Notes: generated from the sequence alone by a model not told the origin. A stretch of DNA of 64,000 nt from Selaginella moellendorffii (GCF_000143415.4 NW_003314264.1:1869710-1933709); one strand, 5' to 3'; positions 21,648 to 35,340 are shown, counted from the first letter of the stretch. Translations and numbers: made by a program.

Positions 21648-21810
21648 GTATCCAACCATGCACAACATTATTCACCAATATTGTCATGTTTGGATCCATT
21701 AGATTTATCACCCATCTCTTTTCTAGGCAATCCTTATTACAGCATTATTATAGTAGGAATTTAGTTTGAACCACTCTACTATCATATTAATAGAATTAGT
21801 TTCCTTGTCC
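21648..21810 (-). pseudogene. Decayed fragment of the 3' end of the transposase-like gene
   Basis: ATCCAACCATGCACAACATTAT...ACCCATCTCTTTT(T)CTAGGCAATCCTT...TTGAACCACTC matches 528-670 of this window. Confidence 0.85.
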
Positions 21811-23604
21811 TAGTGATAACTAAGAGCATAAATAGGAATATTTCTAACCTTATACTAGTAATGTATATGCTCAAATATTGTAAGTTGACTAATCACATAG
21901 TAGCATCAATATTGTACAGGTTGTAGGTGAGGATTCCTAGTGCCTTAGTCACTATATTAGATTATTTCATATTATTACATAAGAATTAAATATAGAAACT
22001 AAGGTTCTTACAGCTTCAATTCGTAAATCTTAATCCATCCTAACCTAGAGATGAGTCTTATGATTCTCACCCTTGTATCCTGGTTGGTTGAGATTCTTCC
22101 TCATTCCACCACTATCTTTTTTCTCTTGGCTTGTGGCACCTTGCCACTACTCTTGTTTATATTACATATATAAAACAAATTTGTAAGTATGTCAAAGAAG
22201 GGAGCACAATACTAGTGATAAATTTGAGAATGGAAACAATTTAGAAGATTTCATATGGGGCCTATGGAAGGGAAAGATGAGTCTGGGAGGAGGAGGCAGC
22301 TGCTATACTAATCTTTGATTCCATGTTAGTTCAATGTAAATTTCTAATTATATAAAAGCATTTTCCTTATCTTTAGAGTTTTCTCATTAGTGGAGATGCC
22401 AAATCCTTTGATTGTTTTGTAAGTTGTAATGAAAAGGACCGATGATGGTCTTCTTCAATAGCTAACTAGCAAATAAGTCATAGCATATATATGTTTGTGC
22501 ATGGGGTATGATAGTAGATGAGGTTGTGCACAAAGATATAATAAAGAACATGATGGTGGACTGTAATGTTTTGCATGTCAAAATTAGAATAACATAAAAT
22601 ATTCTTTTCCTGTATTCTTTAGCCTTGACAATATGCACTTCCAGTGTTATAGATATGAGTTAGTGGAATACAAGTAATTCATGTTTGTCTTCTTGGTATA
22701 AATCAACAGCATTAGGTGGACTTTAACTTTGCAATTTTTCCCATTTGTTGATTAGTGGTGTGTTCACATTAGTTCTATTAAGACTTTACACTCTTCACAT
22801 GTTCCATCCTTCTGTTATTTGGTTTGATGCCAACAACTCCATACCATCCAAATTTTGGAGTATGATTTAGATTGTGTTTTGTAGCATTACAATATACATA
22901 TGTTTTGAATCTTTTATATAGGCACAAAAACGTTCAACAATCAGATCTAAGTCATTTCAACTACAAATTTTATCTTTCTCAATGATAATTCTGCACATCT
23001 ATATGCTGATGCTGGTATAGGGCTGAATTGCCCTTGCCAGACCACCAAAGTGATCTAGTGTTAGTGAAATTTCTTTGTCTTTAAGTGTGGCTAATCTATT
23101 GACTTGATCAATGGATTGCACCATACCAAGTACTATTATTATTATATGTTTATAGGGTCATTAGCACCCAGATGGAGACCACAAACTTCAATAATGGTAA
23201 TCTGCCCTAACCTCAACTGAGTGAGTTGGAGTTTCAAGTAAGTTTCAATTTTACCTATAGTTGTCACAATATTAACTTTTAATCAGTTAAAATAACTATA
23301 AGTCTCAAGATTTCTTATAAATAATATTAAACAAGATTAAAAACTACTTAATTTATTTCTTCACATAGACATAATCTCTATTAATAAAAATATAATTAGG
23401 ATTTAATCTAAACTTTGTATTGTATCTATAATATGTAAGATATATATGTATTTTCAAATCTCTCATATTTATTTGTATTGTGCAGTTTCTTTATAGGATA
23501 TAATATCAGGAAAACTTTACTGTATTATGGACATATTTATAATAAAAACCAAAATATCTTGGTTTAGAATCTTCAATTATTTTTGTCTTTAACCTCTCCT
23601 TTTT

Positions 23605-24090
23605 TTATCTACCACAAAAAACCATGTTCCCATTGATATTAGAAAGGTAAGGATTAAGGTCCACTCTATTATTGTTCCAAGAACCGTCTTCTCTCTTGCA
23701 CGACACAATCAAAACTCCTGAAGGTGTGATATAAGTCCCAGAACAGGTTCTCAGAAAGAGTGCTCCTGGAACAATTGTCCCATCCTTGTTGCCAAGGTAC
23801 GGGTTGAGTGAAATGCAGCCTGAAGAATCAAGGCCCGAGTCGGTCTTGCAAATATACTGAAGTTGCCTTGGGAGATTGTGCCACTCCAGCTTAGTACATG
23901 AAGTAGTAATGCCGCCACACTGTTCTTGAAGGATTCTCACACTTGTTTTCTGATGGTGTAAGATCTCATTGTCTGCTGCTACCTAGATCACACCAAGGAA
24001 AATGTAAATATGTTTTGCAAACCATAGGAATTGCTGTCTTACTAAAAATTGTATGAAATTCAGGAGGACTATTGTTGTGATAATTGACAT
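23605..24090 (-). CDS. Secreted cyanovirin-N homolog (CVNH) lectin, 141 aa, two exons
   Basis: Exon 1 24090-24043 (MSIITTIVLLNFIQFL), GT-AG intron 24042-23983, exon 2 to the stop at 23605. Two CVNH half-repeats: SC..L..C...G....ISLNPYLGNKDG and FLRTC...L..SC...DG....VDLNPYLSNINGNMVF. Confidence 0.9.
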
Positions 24091-24260
24091 GCTCAGAGTT
24101 TTACAAGAGCAATAGCACAATACTTATAATAGGAAAACTCGAAACTTCTTATGCGAAGCGAAAGATTGTATTAAACGTTAAAGACACGGCTTGATCATTC
24201 TTTTGTCAAGGTTCAAATCTCGTGCGCATTTGTTTTTTCGGGTTAGGGTTTATGGTAGAG

Positions 24261-27200
24261 ATGGAGGTCGCCGAGGCGCCCGAAGAGAATGTAGATATAG
24301 CGTTCAGGGCGATCGGTGGAGGCGTGTCGCTCCTGCCGCCTGGCGCGAAGGCTAGCTCTGATTATCATCCAGCGCGAGCGCTTGCAGTGTCCAATCACTT
24401 CGGCTTGACGTTCTTCGCCGCACCAGCAGGTACGGTCGATCATTCTCGCGAAATCTAAATATTTCCACTGTAGGTTTTGGAGTCGTGAGGACGGCGGACG
24501 TTCTGGAGCTCTCAAGCGGACCCAAGCCTGCTTCTGTGAGTGAGAAATGCTTGGCGAGCGTGGAGCTGGAGAAAGTTTCGATTTTGGAGCTTTCAAAGGA
24601 TGAGCTCACGCTTGCTGTGTGTGCCGGCTTCGCTGTTCGATTCTATCGAGTCCCTTCTCTGGCACTCAAGGTTCGGTTTACATTGTCATTTTATTGTAGA
24701 TTGTATGCTTTTCTTTCTAGGCCGACACTAGACCGTTCGAGATCCGCGACATCGGCAACGATGCGTTGATCAAGGATTTTCAGTGGTGTGGTTGAACCAA
24801 GACAAAAACAAAATCNNNNNNNNNNNNNNNNNNNNNNNNNNNNNNNNNNNNNNNNNNNNNNNNNNNNNNNNNNNNNNNNNNNNNNNNNNNNNNNNNNNNN
24901 NNNNNNNNNNNNNNNNNNNNNNNNNNNNNNNNNNNNNNNNNNNNNNNNNNNNNNNNNNNNNNNNNNNNNNNNNNNNNNNNNNNNNNNNNNNNNNNNNNNN
25001 NNNNNNNNNNNNNNNNNNNNNNNNNNNNNNNNNNNNNNNNNNNNNNNNNNNNNNNNNNNNNNNNNNNNNNNNNNNNNNNNNNNNNNNNNNNNNNNNNNNN
25101 NNNNNNNNNNNNNNNNNNNNNNNNNNNNNNNNNNNNNNNNNNNNNNNNNNNNNNNNNNNNNNNNNNNNNNNNNNNNNNNNNNNNNNNNNNNNNNNNNNNN
25201 NNNNNNNNNNNNNNNNNNNNNNNNNNNNNNNNNNNNNNNNNNNNNNNNNNNNNNNNNNNNNNNNNNNNNGACAATGTTTCTGCTGGTGCGTAGATTTATC
25301 TTCGTTCATGTTATTGCATTTCACTTATTCTTTCTGCAGCTTGTTGGAGTCAGTTTGGCAAACAGATCATGTATGCTACAAGCACGAAGCTAACGATTGC
25401 GTCGTCTGATTTTGCCAAGAGTTTTGTCATCAATCTCCCAGTTGAATTTCCTGGGTGCGAGGAAGGACTGGAAACTCATGGTACGCGTCTTATCAAAAAC
25501 TCGTCTGCTGCTGATGCTTTTATGCTCGTTCTAGTTGATGCTTTACGCTGGATTTCGCCACAAAGCATAGTAATTAGCTACGTCCAGTCGGAGGACGATG
25601 AAGAAATTGCCTGTCCGCTGCTTGTGCTTTCAGCGTCCCATGGGCAACAACTAGATGAGGTTGTTATTTCAATTAGCGGGCTTCGAATACTGACTTGTTT
25701 ATGTGGACGATTTGCAGGCATGCACGGAGTGTTCTGCTTTAGCGGTTACTCGAAGATTTCCTGCGATTGAATCTACTATTATTCCACCCATGAACAGTCC
25801 GTATATGCTTGTGCAGAACCTAGAACCATGGTATGATATACATATTCTCGGTGTTTTCATTAAGTCTTTTTTTCCAGGAAAATCGTGTTGACAACTTGTA
25901 GAAGGTCCATCGATGCACATGTTGGCCTTCTAGGCTGGCGGTCCGAAGGTGTTTGCAGTCTTGATTTGTCAGATGATTTGTGGAGAGCTGACATACCCAT
26001 GTTTGGTAAGTAGACATGTTTAGTATAGACAGTTCTTATGGTGTATATCTTTGTAGATTCTTCGAGTGACAATGCCTTAACTGGACTGGCGATTGATCNN
26101 NNNNNNNNNNNNNNNNNNNNNNNNNNNNNNNNNNNNNNNNNNNNNNNNNNNNNNNNNNNNNNNNNNNNNNNNNNNNNNNNNNNNNNNNNNNNNNNNNNNN
26201 NNNNNNNNNNNNNNNNNNNNNNNNNNNNNNNNNNNNNNNNNNNNNNNNNNNNNNNNNNNNNNNNNNNNNNNNNNNNNNNNNNNNNNNNNNNNNNNNNNNN
26301 NNNNNNNNNNNNNNNNNNNNNNNNNNNNNNNNNNNNNNNNNNNNNNNNNNNNNNNNNNNNNNNNTTTTTTGGGAATGAATGTGTAAGGCCGATTTATGTT
26401 TTAGGTGGATGCCGAAAAAAAGACTGTAACACCAGCTCCGGCAACAGTTGTACGTGTGGAGCCTAAGGTTACGAAAACTGTTACCACCATGAATGGCATT
26501 CAACCAAGGACGTTTTCTGCATCAAAAACTGTGAACGAGCAGTTGCGTAAAACTCAGCTGGATCTTAATCAAAAGGAGAAAGAACCGTCTTTACCTCAAG
26601 ATGGAGCATCAAAAATTCCTGTCCAGAGTCAGCCATTATCGTTTAAAAGGGAAGACGCTCCTTCTCATGAGGTTGAGAAACGTTCCTCACGATCACAAGG
26701 AGTTTCCGAAATAGAAGCAGGGTTTTTGGCAGAAATGGATAAGGTACTTGAACTTGTGCCTTTTATACTTTAATGTTTGTTTCTGCAGGTGAAGAAAATC
26801 GCTGATGATATTGATGGATTTATGCATATTATCGAGATAGATTCTCTTGGATCCGGTTTAACAAGGTCTGGAGTAGACAAGCTGGAAAGCGAAATTATAG
26901 CCGTTTCAGCGCGATGCCGTAGTTTTAAGGTAACCTTCCATGTTCGGTGTGATGCTTACATTCTTTAAACTCCAGCAAAAACTGCAAGAGCATTGTGAGT
27001 TTGTTGAAGAGCTTCGGGATCAAAGCCTTGATGGTATTACTGTCCTTCATTACAAGTAACAATTTGAGCTGGAAATTTTAGTTGACGCATGGAGAATTTA
27101 CGTGGAAAGCCGAGTGGAACAAGCATCTGATAGCCGATATCAGGACCTCTGGGTTCACCGCAAGCTTCACCCGGAAATGGACATCAAGCGAAAGCACGTT

Positions 27201-29653
27201 ATCAATGCAGATGAGGTACATACTACTCGTTCCCATGCCTCTTCCTAACCATGGTTTGTTTAGACATTGAAAAGACAAATTTCTGATCTCGAGTCTCATC
27301 TTCATACACTTGAAATAAGTCGACGCCAGAATATGTCTTCAAAACAGCGGTCTACTGCTGGGTATGAATGAATTTGTCAAGAAATATGGATCTAATTTTT
27401 TGTATGTGGCACAGAGACTTCCAATCTGTTCAAAATCTCTACAGCACAGTAAACTTTCAAATGGAAGCAGCTGATAAGCTATGTGTGCATCTCGCGGACT
27501 TGATGGAATCGATGAATATATCGTCAAGCGTTACTTCCTTAAGGCCACGGAAAATGCAGTCGTCTTTATTGCAGACAAAGCCACCGCAGACTAAAACCGA
27601 GAGTGTTTTTTCTACGCCATCCAAGTCTATCTTGAGTGATGACTTCGCGCCGGCGGAAAGCACAAGAAGGCGAAGAGATTCCTTGGATAGCGTAAGCATT
27701 ATTCCGTTTCTTTCGTTTCCTACTCTTTTGCTCCTTACACTTTACAGGGTATTGGAGCAACGAAAACCACGATCAAAAGGATGGTTGGGGTGGTCAATAA
27801 CCGGAAGGCTAAACTGCTTGAATCAACCTCCAATGCTCTTCAAACGATGAAGCCGCAGTCAACTTTGAAGCAGCCAAGTGTTACAGAAGAGAAAATTCTC
27901 GTACTAGCACCTGCAGCGACATCTTTGGATACGACCAGGCCTTCGTTTTCTTCCAGGACGGATATCGTTTCACAGAGTTCTTCGCCTCCTTTTGGTGACG
28001 GGGGTTTAAGATCGCAGCCGTTACCGCCGTCCTCTAGTGCTTTAGCACTCAAGGTTCCCGACATGTCAAGAGCTTCTACGAATGTTATTCGTCCCGCGTC
28101 AGCTTTTATCGCCCCGGCCTCAATCACGAAAACGTCAAGCATGACCACTCAAGCGACACCACCATCAGCGTGGCTACCATCTTTGGAGTTGAAGGCTGCA
28201 CCGGCTGTTGTGTCCTTCGGACCTTTGGAAGTGAAAGCTACATCTTCCACAGTGCAGGCTACACCAGCAACTTCCACATCTTTGGAGCTGAAGCGTACCA
28301 CATCTCCCACATCTTCGGATCTGAAAGCAACATCGATCACATCATCTCCGACGTTCAGTGTTTCTACAAGGTTAGGCGCTCCGTTACCGTCATTATTCCA
28401 GCAGTTGGAGTCGAAGCCATCGACCAGTGAACAAGCGCAGTCACAACCGAAGATTTCCACTGCACCTATAGCAGCGACATGTAGCGTCTCCAGCGGTTCC
28501 TCCCAGTTGGTTGTAAGCTCGTCGACCTCGGCTACTCTTCTACCTGCAGCTCCACGTACTACATCATTAGTGAAGCCCTTAGCTTTCAGCTTCCCGGTAT
28601 CATCGTCTCCCGCTACTGCATTATCGTTTGCATCGTCCTCAGCCGCTACGTCCACGCTGAGCATGATGTCGGCCACAACAAAAGTCCCTTCCAGCGGTTA
28701 CAGCAGCTCGCCGCCACAATCTACTAGTCAGCTGACTGTTTCCTCTAGTCCGCCATCTACGACTTCGAAGCCCGATATATTCGCGTCACCTTTTCCAAAC
28801 GTTCCGGCGGCCAGCGGCCCTTCTCCAGTTTCTTCGCCTTTTCCGGCTTTGCTTCAATCGCAGCAGCAGCAGACTACTCAAGCCGTGCGACCACCACCGG
28901 ATGAAGATGACATGGACGAAGAGGCCCCCTCGAGTGCATTCTCGGGCTTTGGTAATCTCGGCCTGGGCTCGGCGTTGCCTTCAGCGCCAACCGGGAATCC
29001 ATTTGGCGTAACGCCGAGTCCGCAGGCCACCCCGTTCGGAGGACTGAGCGCACCACCACCTGGTCAGCTGTTCAGGCCGGCTGCATTTTCCTTGAGCTCT
29101 CCGGGAACAGGCTTTACGTCATCGCCAGAAGGCGGTGCGTTCTCCAACCGGCCTGCCGCGGCTCCTAGTGGATTTGGTCAGGCTCCTTCGAGCGGTTTCG
29201 GACAGCCTGCTGGGAGCGCGCTGGGCAGTGCACTGGGTGCATTCGGACAGACGAGACAAGTGGGATTTGGTGGTCCAGTGTCGGGTGCAGCTGGTTTCGC
29301 AAGTGCTTCGCCGGGTGGTGGTTTCGCTTCTGCGGCAACCGGTGGTGGTTTTGCCAGTGCTACGTCGGGTGCTGGTTTTGCGGCCGCGGCATCGGGTGGT
29401 GGCTTTGCCGGTGCAGCAACAGGTAAATGTCTTCTACTGTTTTTTATTTATTTTGGAAGCAATTGACTGAATGGGCATTACAGGTAGTGGATTTCAAGCG
29501 CTTGGTCAGAACATTAGCAGCGGAGGCTTTGGGGGCTTTGCTGGAAGTAATGCGGCGACACCTGGATTTGGCTCTGTACAACCGCCTGGTGGATTTCTCC
29601 CGGGTGCTGCGCAACCGCCGAATAATCCACTTTTCACAGCGATGAGAAAGTGA
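24261..29653 (+). CDS. NUP214: Nuclear pore complex protein NUP214 (multi-exon, partly in assembly gaps)
   Basis: N-terminal beta-propeller-like exons (LAVSNHFGLTFFA, LELSKDELTLAV), coiled-coil exons, long S/T/P-rich exon, DEDDMDEEAP motif, FG/GGF repeats, C-terminus LFTAMRK typical of plant NUP214. Confidence 0.9.
24816..25269. other. Assembly gap (N run)
   Basis: Run of N. Confidence 1.
26099..26363. other. Assembly gap (N run)
   Basis: Run of N. Confidence 1.
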
Positions 29654-29959
29654 TGTCGTTAAGCAAGGTTTGGGTGTTAAGTTTTGTTTTTCGATCGGAA
29701 GTAAGAATCTTTGATCTTGACAGGTTGTAGCTTTTGTTTTTACGAGCATTCGTTGGAGATTTTCCAGCTGACACAAGGTATATTCCTCTTTTTTCTTCCG
29801 TAACGCACACTAGCCAGTCGAAAGAGGTTCCTTTTGTTTGTTTTCTCCTCTAGTCGCTTGAAGAAATGTGTTAGCGATTTTTTTTAAACATGCAGGAAAT
29901 GGTATTTGTGTGATCCACAAATTTTAGCTGCAAGTCGATCTGGTTTCGTGGCGTTCAAG

Positions 29960-30483
29960 ATGAGCTCGGAGCAGAGGGAGGAGCATGGTTGCCGTGCTGC
30001 TGCATCAGATTCACAGCCAGTGTCAGCCGAGTACATTCTTCAAGTAAGAATTCCGCAGCCCCGTTCGTGTGATTTGTCTCGGCTCTTCCTTCCTGCAGGT
30101 GCAAAGTTTGATAGAGCAGTGTCTATTGCTCAACATGAACTGCGACGAATGCGTAGACGCGCTGTCCACGCACTCCAACGTGAAGCCCGTTGTCACACTC
30201 ACAGGCAAGCAAATCTTCTTTTTTTTTAACTAGCAGTTGCCTCGAGCTGTTTGTCATTTTTGTTTAAATTCGTTTTCAGTCCCGACTTAAAAGGAAGTTT
30301 GTGATCCCTGCAGTGTGGAACGAGCTCAAGAAAGAGAACAAGAGCTTCTTCACGGCCTACGAGAAGCACCAAGAGACCGGCAAGCACTGCCGAGCGCTGA
30401 TGGAGGAAATGAGAAAGCTGCTTGTGATTTCAAAGCCAAATATGATGACGAGCAAGCGAACAAAAGAACAAAAGGGCTCTTGA
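29960..30483 (+). CDS. Plant-specific TIGR01589 (A_thal_3526) family protein, three exons
   Basis: Spliced reading YILQ|VQSLIEQCLLLNMNCDECVDALSTHSNVKPVVTLT|VWNELKKENKSFFTAY matches the family pattern. The second intron appears to use a GC donor (ag|GCAAGC). Confidence 0.85.
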
Positions 30484-31377
30484 AACGTAGCGGAAGAGAA
30501 GAAGAATGGCAGGCTATATGTACTACAACGCTGGAGAGGAGCTCTTGTCCCTCTCATACAACGCACACAGACACACAGAAGGTTTGTCGAAACTCTTGCC
30601 TTGTCTTGGCTTGGCCGTTCTACTTAATTGCGTGGATGTTTGAGTATTTCATTGTCTCGGCAAGGACGAAAGGCCTATCTCTTCATGCTTCGCCTCGCCT
30701 TTGCCACCACAAATATCTTACCACCACACGTTTGTCTCTGCTTTTTTTTTTTTTTTTTTTTTGCCTCTTTCTCTTTTTCAGCTCGTCTTTCGCTGTGACG
30801 CTTGCTTGTACACAAAGTGTAAGAGGCTGGGTTCACTGAATTGTCCGCCAAGTCTTTTCGCAGCACTACGAAATAGAGCCAGAGAGTTCTTCTCGGATTG
30901 TGACTTGAAGTTTTATTTGCGTTTGAGTTTGTGGAGTTGATGATGTTACCTTAAGACAAAGCGTGGATTTTGAGAGAGAAAACTTGGCAGGTGTTTCTGA
31001 GCACTCGAAAACAAAAAGGATTTTGTTTTGTTTCATTGTTCGCGCTCAGCAGAAGATTGTCCTGTATAGATACAAAGGGGTGGTGAATTATCAAAGACAC
31101 TTTTGAGTGGTCAGGTTTGGAGCAACTGGTAGGCTCATACGAATGAGTTGATTGATTGGTACTCCACACCCAAATGAAAGGATGGGTATCTTTCACATTT
31201 TTGCACGCCGACATAAACTGAAAATATGAGTTTAAAAGGCTACCGAGCTTATTTAACGTTAACCATTAGTTTAGTGCATCTAAAACGTGCTATTTCGAGT
31301 TAATCATCAGTTTAGCGTATCTAAAAGGTTCCAGACTATAAATAAGCTCCATCCCTTTAGGGTTATCCGAGCGACAT

Positions 31378-32082
31378 ATGGCGAAGAAAAGTGGCTCAGG
31401 TAATGGTGCGGTAGTGGTGAAGAAGCGGCGCGCGAGAAACGAGAGGGCTTGCCAGCTCACGGCACAGCAAGTGAGGGAGCAAAACTTGGACAAGATGTGG
31501 GAGCCTCACGAGCTTCCGGACAACGTGTACCAGTGCCCACGCTGCCAATCTTACAACACGCGGTTTGATTACTACAACAACGAGAAGCGTGACCAGCCGC
31601 GCTTCGCTTGTAGGGCATGCAAGAAACAGTGGACCCAGGGCGGCAAGATAAGGGCGGCATCCAGTGGTGGACGTAAAAGGAAAGGCAAAGCTTCGAGCAG
31701 CAGCAGCGATGGAGGAGGCAGCATGGATAAGAAGAGAGCCGAGCAGAGTCTGGTGGGCAAATTCGCTGGAGAACCATCTCAAACTCCGTGGCAACTAGAT
31801 GGTGAAGATATGCAAACGATTTGCTACTGGGGGCAACCTCAAGAGCTTGGTGGTAATACTAGTGCGCCAGTAGTTGGCGGAGACGAGCAAAACAACTTCT
31901 GGTTGCAACCTGGTGGTGGCGGAGACAACTTCTGGAGGCAACCTCAAGAGATTGGTGGTGCGCTGCAAGTTGGCGGAGATGTGCAAAAAAACTTGGAGCA
32001 GCTTGGTGGTGATTCGACTGTGCACGGATATGTGGAAGACAACTTCTGGGACAACTTCAAGAGTTTGATGACGTCGATATAG
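31378..32082 (+). CDS. Dof-type C2C2 zinc-finger transcription factor, divergent
   Basis: CPRCQSYNTRFDYYNNEKRDQPRFACRACKKQWTQGGKIR; single-exon 234-aa ORF; TATAAATA about 40 bp upstream. Confidence 0.85.
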   Translation: MAKKSGSGNGAVVVKKRRARNERACQLTAQQVREQNLDKMWEPHELPDNVYQCPRCQSYNTRFDYYNNEKRDQPRFACRACKKQWTQGGKIRAASSGGRKRKGKASSSSSDGGGSMDKKRAEQSLVGKFAGEPSQTPWQLDGEDMQTICYWGQPQELGGNTSAPVVGGDEQNNFWLQPGGGGDNFWRQPQEIGGALQVGGDVQKNLEQLGGDSTVHGYVEDNFWDNFKSLMTSI

Positions 32083-32187
32083 ACATTGAGAGCTTGCCAG
32101 GGATACTATCTTGCTAATTCATCGAAAAGGAGAAAATCCTTAGACCTTTTTGCCATGAAAAATGCTTGTACAAAACTAGTCATTGTA

Positions 32188-33537
32188 CTAAACTAAACAT
32201 GACGAGTGGATTGGCAATGGAGGCTGTGGGATATAAGCGCCCTCAAACAGTTTAGCCAGGTTATATGGCTCCACAACGTTGTCATCCCCATACCACATAT
32301 ACCGAAAGTAGAGCCAGTATGACTTCTCAGTTGGATGTATAGAATCCCAAAACATAGACTTGGAGGGCGTGGGGCACAAATAAGGTTGGAATTGCTTGGT
32401 TCTGGCATCGTTTTTTAAATAAGAATCCCCACAGAAAACTGCTGCATTGAAGGGTCCGGCTCCGCAACAAGCACTCTTCACATCTTCGTAGCCTACAAGT
32501 GATACCACAAGTTATATTAGCAAACTGTACAAACGATTCTGATCCTCTTACCAAATGCCTGTGGGAATTTGATGGCGCTCATGGTCAGATCATATGTTTT
32601 GGCAAGAACGATCTTCGTGTCCTTGAGTTCTTCGCTCAGTGACTTCACTGTTTGTGCAAGTCCCTCGTTAAAGGCCAAAGCAAGATCGTTAGCGGGCTTG
32701 AAACATCCATTAGTATCACCATTCCCATTCGTAGTTGCAACTAACAATCTGGCTCTTGGTATACATCCCAGTGGCGGCAGCCCAAGTGTTATAATCCTCC
32801 TTGCTCCATCGCTATACAACGCCTTTAAAATTTATCATGAAAAGCTTACCATGGTCTTACTAAAATATACTATCATAGTTACCTTGATCGCAGAGATATA
32901 AGCTCCCAGCATTCTACCGATAAATTCTTGCGGGGTAACTTGCGTTTGCAAGGTAGAATCCGCGAGGTAATTCCCCATGATATCATTCGCCCCCATAGAG
33001 AAGATAAACACCGATTCTTTGTAAAACTCTGGGTTTGGCCTGGCCAACGTGAGATTATGGAACTGCGCTAGCTGAGTGTTCAAGCTCATCAATCCCTGGA
33101 AGTAAAAAAACGATCACGTACAAATTGAAAGTTATGAACGAGACTATCTACATTACCTCTCCAGCGTTTGTAGATTCCAGCAGCCCAGCTCCTCCCGACG
33201 CAAAGTTTACCCCTTGGGCGATCCATTTATCGGGCTTGAGATAAGGATCTGGAAAACGCAATCCAAGTGAAGTAGCCAAGAAATCTGGGAGTGTTCTTCC
33301 ATTAGTGTATCGCCCCGTGGGGTGGCCAAAGTAAGTGTCACCATAGGGTGGCACCGAGACCTCGACGATGGGGTTTGAGATATATAAATTGTTGCCAGCG
33401 TCCACGGTAGAATCGCCTAGCACAAACAAGCCTGGGACTTTCCTGGTACTTAGATTTGGGAAGTATTGGAGAGCTGAGGCATATGCTACTAGATTCGCCA
33501 CGCAGAGAAGCAAGAGAGTAGAGGAGTGAGAGCCCAT
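32188..33537 (-). CDS. GDSL esterase/lipase, four exons
   Basis: Signal peptide, LFVLGDSTVDAGNN, PTGRYTNG, GVNFASGGAG, MGANDI, GLPPLGCIP, FWDSIHPTE. Confidence 0.95.
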
Positions 33538-33759
33538 GGTAAAATCTCTGCGTTAGGACGAGTAGAAATCCATTTTTATTATGGATCTTTTCCTGTTATG
33601 GACGTTTTGTGTTTCCCATTTCGGGCTAGGGTTTAAATTAAAAACTAAACTAATTTCCTAGTAAAATTTTTCTAGGGAGATCGTTCTGGAGATAACATGA
33701 GCGAACACCTTCCATGCCGATAATGAATTGGGGATGAATCTCACTAGTCCTCCAGCCTC

Positions 33760-35320
33760 AGCAGTGGACTCGTAGTGATCCCGTGGCGGATCGATGCCGT
33801 GATCCGCTGTCAAGGAGTGGAAATGCTTGCGTCCCCGGCGTACCTACAGGTCGAGAACAAGGCCTCGAAAGTGATCTCCCCCGGCTTGAGGCCCTGCTGC
33901 TGCATCTCCTGGAAGCGACGAGGCATCGCTCGAATCGAAGATTGCTTTCTGGCGTGTTTAAAATTTCCCTCCCTAATCCTGACCGTCCACGTGGACGCAT
34001 CGTGGCCGGGCATTTTGTGAAATAGGTCGCGCGGTCGCAATCGATCAAACAGGGCCTTGGCTTCGTCTGGAAGTCCCGCGGCGCCATATGCGCGGATCAT
34101 TGCCGTCACGGTGATGAGGTTGTCTTGGAGCAAGGGGAATCGCTGGAAAACTTCTCTGGCTTCTTGGAGGCGGTTATGGAGTGCATAGCCATGGTCCATG
34201 GATGCGGAGGATGTGTCTTTCATCGGCATCAAGGAGCACAGGTCGGATGCTTCTTCCAGAAACTCATTCAGGGCGTAGGCCCTGATCATCGTGCTCCTTG
34301 TCACTTGGTTCTTTGCACGGCGCTCTGTCGAACAGTGCTCTTGCTTTGGTCGCTTGTCCACCACTGTTCTTGAATGTCCAGGAGATCACATCCTGCTCCG
34401 GCATTTCATCGGCTACTGCCTCCTCGGCATGGCCGCCGCTTGCGAATGCCTGGATCATCGCACATTTCTCCCGGGCATTCGAGCGAAAACATCGGCCGCG
34501 AAGCTTGTTCCGTCCGCCGCTGTGATCATGCTGTTCCAGGAGACGACGTTCCTGCCATCCATGGCATCGAACAGATCTTTGGCCTCGGCGCAGTGGTCGG
34601 CTTGTCCATAGGCAGCAATCATGGTATTGACCACGAACATGTCACAGTGTGGAAGTCCATCGAAGAAGATCTTCATTTGTTACAGATCTCCACACCTCAT
34701 CATCGAGTTCCAGGAGATATTGTCACTCACTGGCATCCTCACGAACAGCTCCCATCTGGAAGAATCCTCGTTCAAGCCATCGAGCATCGTGTTCCAAGAT
34801 AAGATGTCTTTCTTGCCCATTGCGAAGAACAGAGCCTGGCATTGGGAGACGTGCCAATCCGCGGAGCATGGTGTTCCAGGACACGAGATTTTGCCCGGGA
34901 TCTGCTGGAAGAGATCGAGAGCTTGCTGGAGCTCCCCACATTCCACATAGCTCAAGAGCATCGCGTTCCAGGACAAGGTGTTTGCTGCGCCATGCGATCA
35001 AACACGTCCCGGGCTTGCAGGGAATCCCCAGTCAGTGCCTTGATCATTGTCGTCCAGGTGATCATGTTTCTGCGAGCCATCTCGCCAAAGAGCTTCCACG
35101 CTTCTTGGATCTCTCCATTGACGACATTTGCATGGCGGTGTCCTTGTGCGGCATATTGGAGAACAGAACCCTCGCCTCCGCCAGCCGTCCGATTTCGGAG
35201 TAGAGTCCAACCAGGGCCGTCGCCGTGACGCAATTGTGTTCCGGAATGCGCTCGAGCAGCATTGCCGCGCCCTGCAGATGGTCGTTTCTGGAATATACCG
35301 ACGCCATGATGCTCCATCTT
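33760..35320 (-). pseudogene. Decayed tandem copy of the adjacent PLS-class PPR gene
   Basis: Colinear nucleotide similarity to 35570-37640 with many deletions and frameshifts (e.g. FQRFPLLQD-LI-VT-MIRAYGAAG-PDE-KALFDRL in both). Confidence 0.9.
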
Positions 35321-35340
35321 AAGTACATGGAGTATTAAAG

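Noticed and set aside
24770-26503. ORFs full of X
   Set aside because: Artefacts of the two N gaps inside NUP214.
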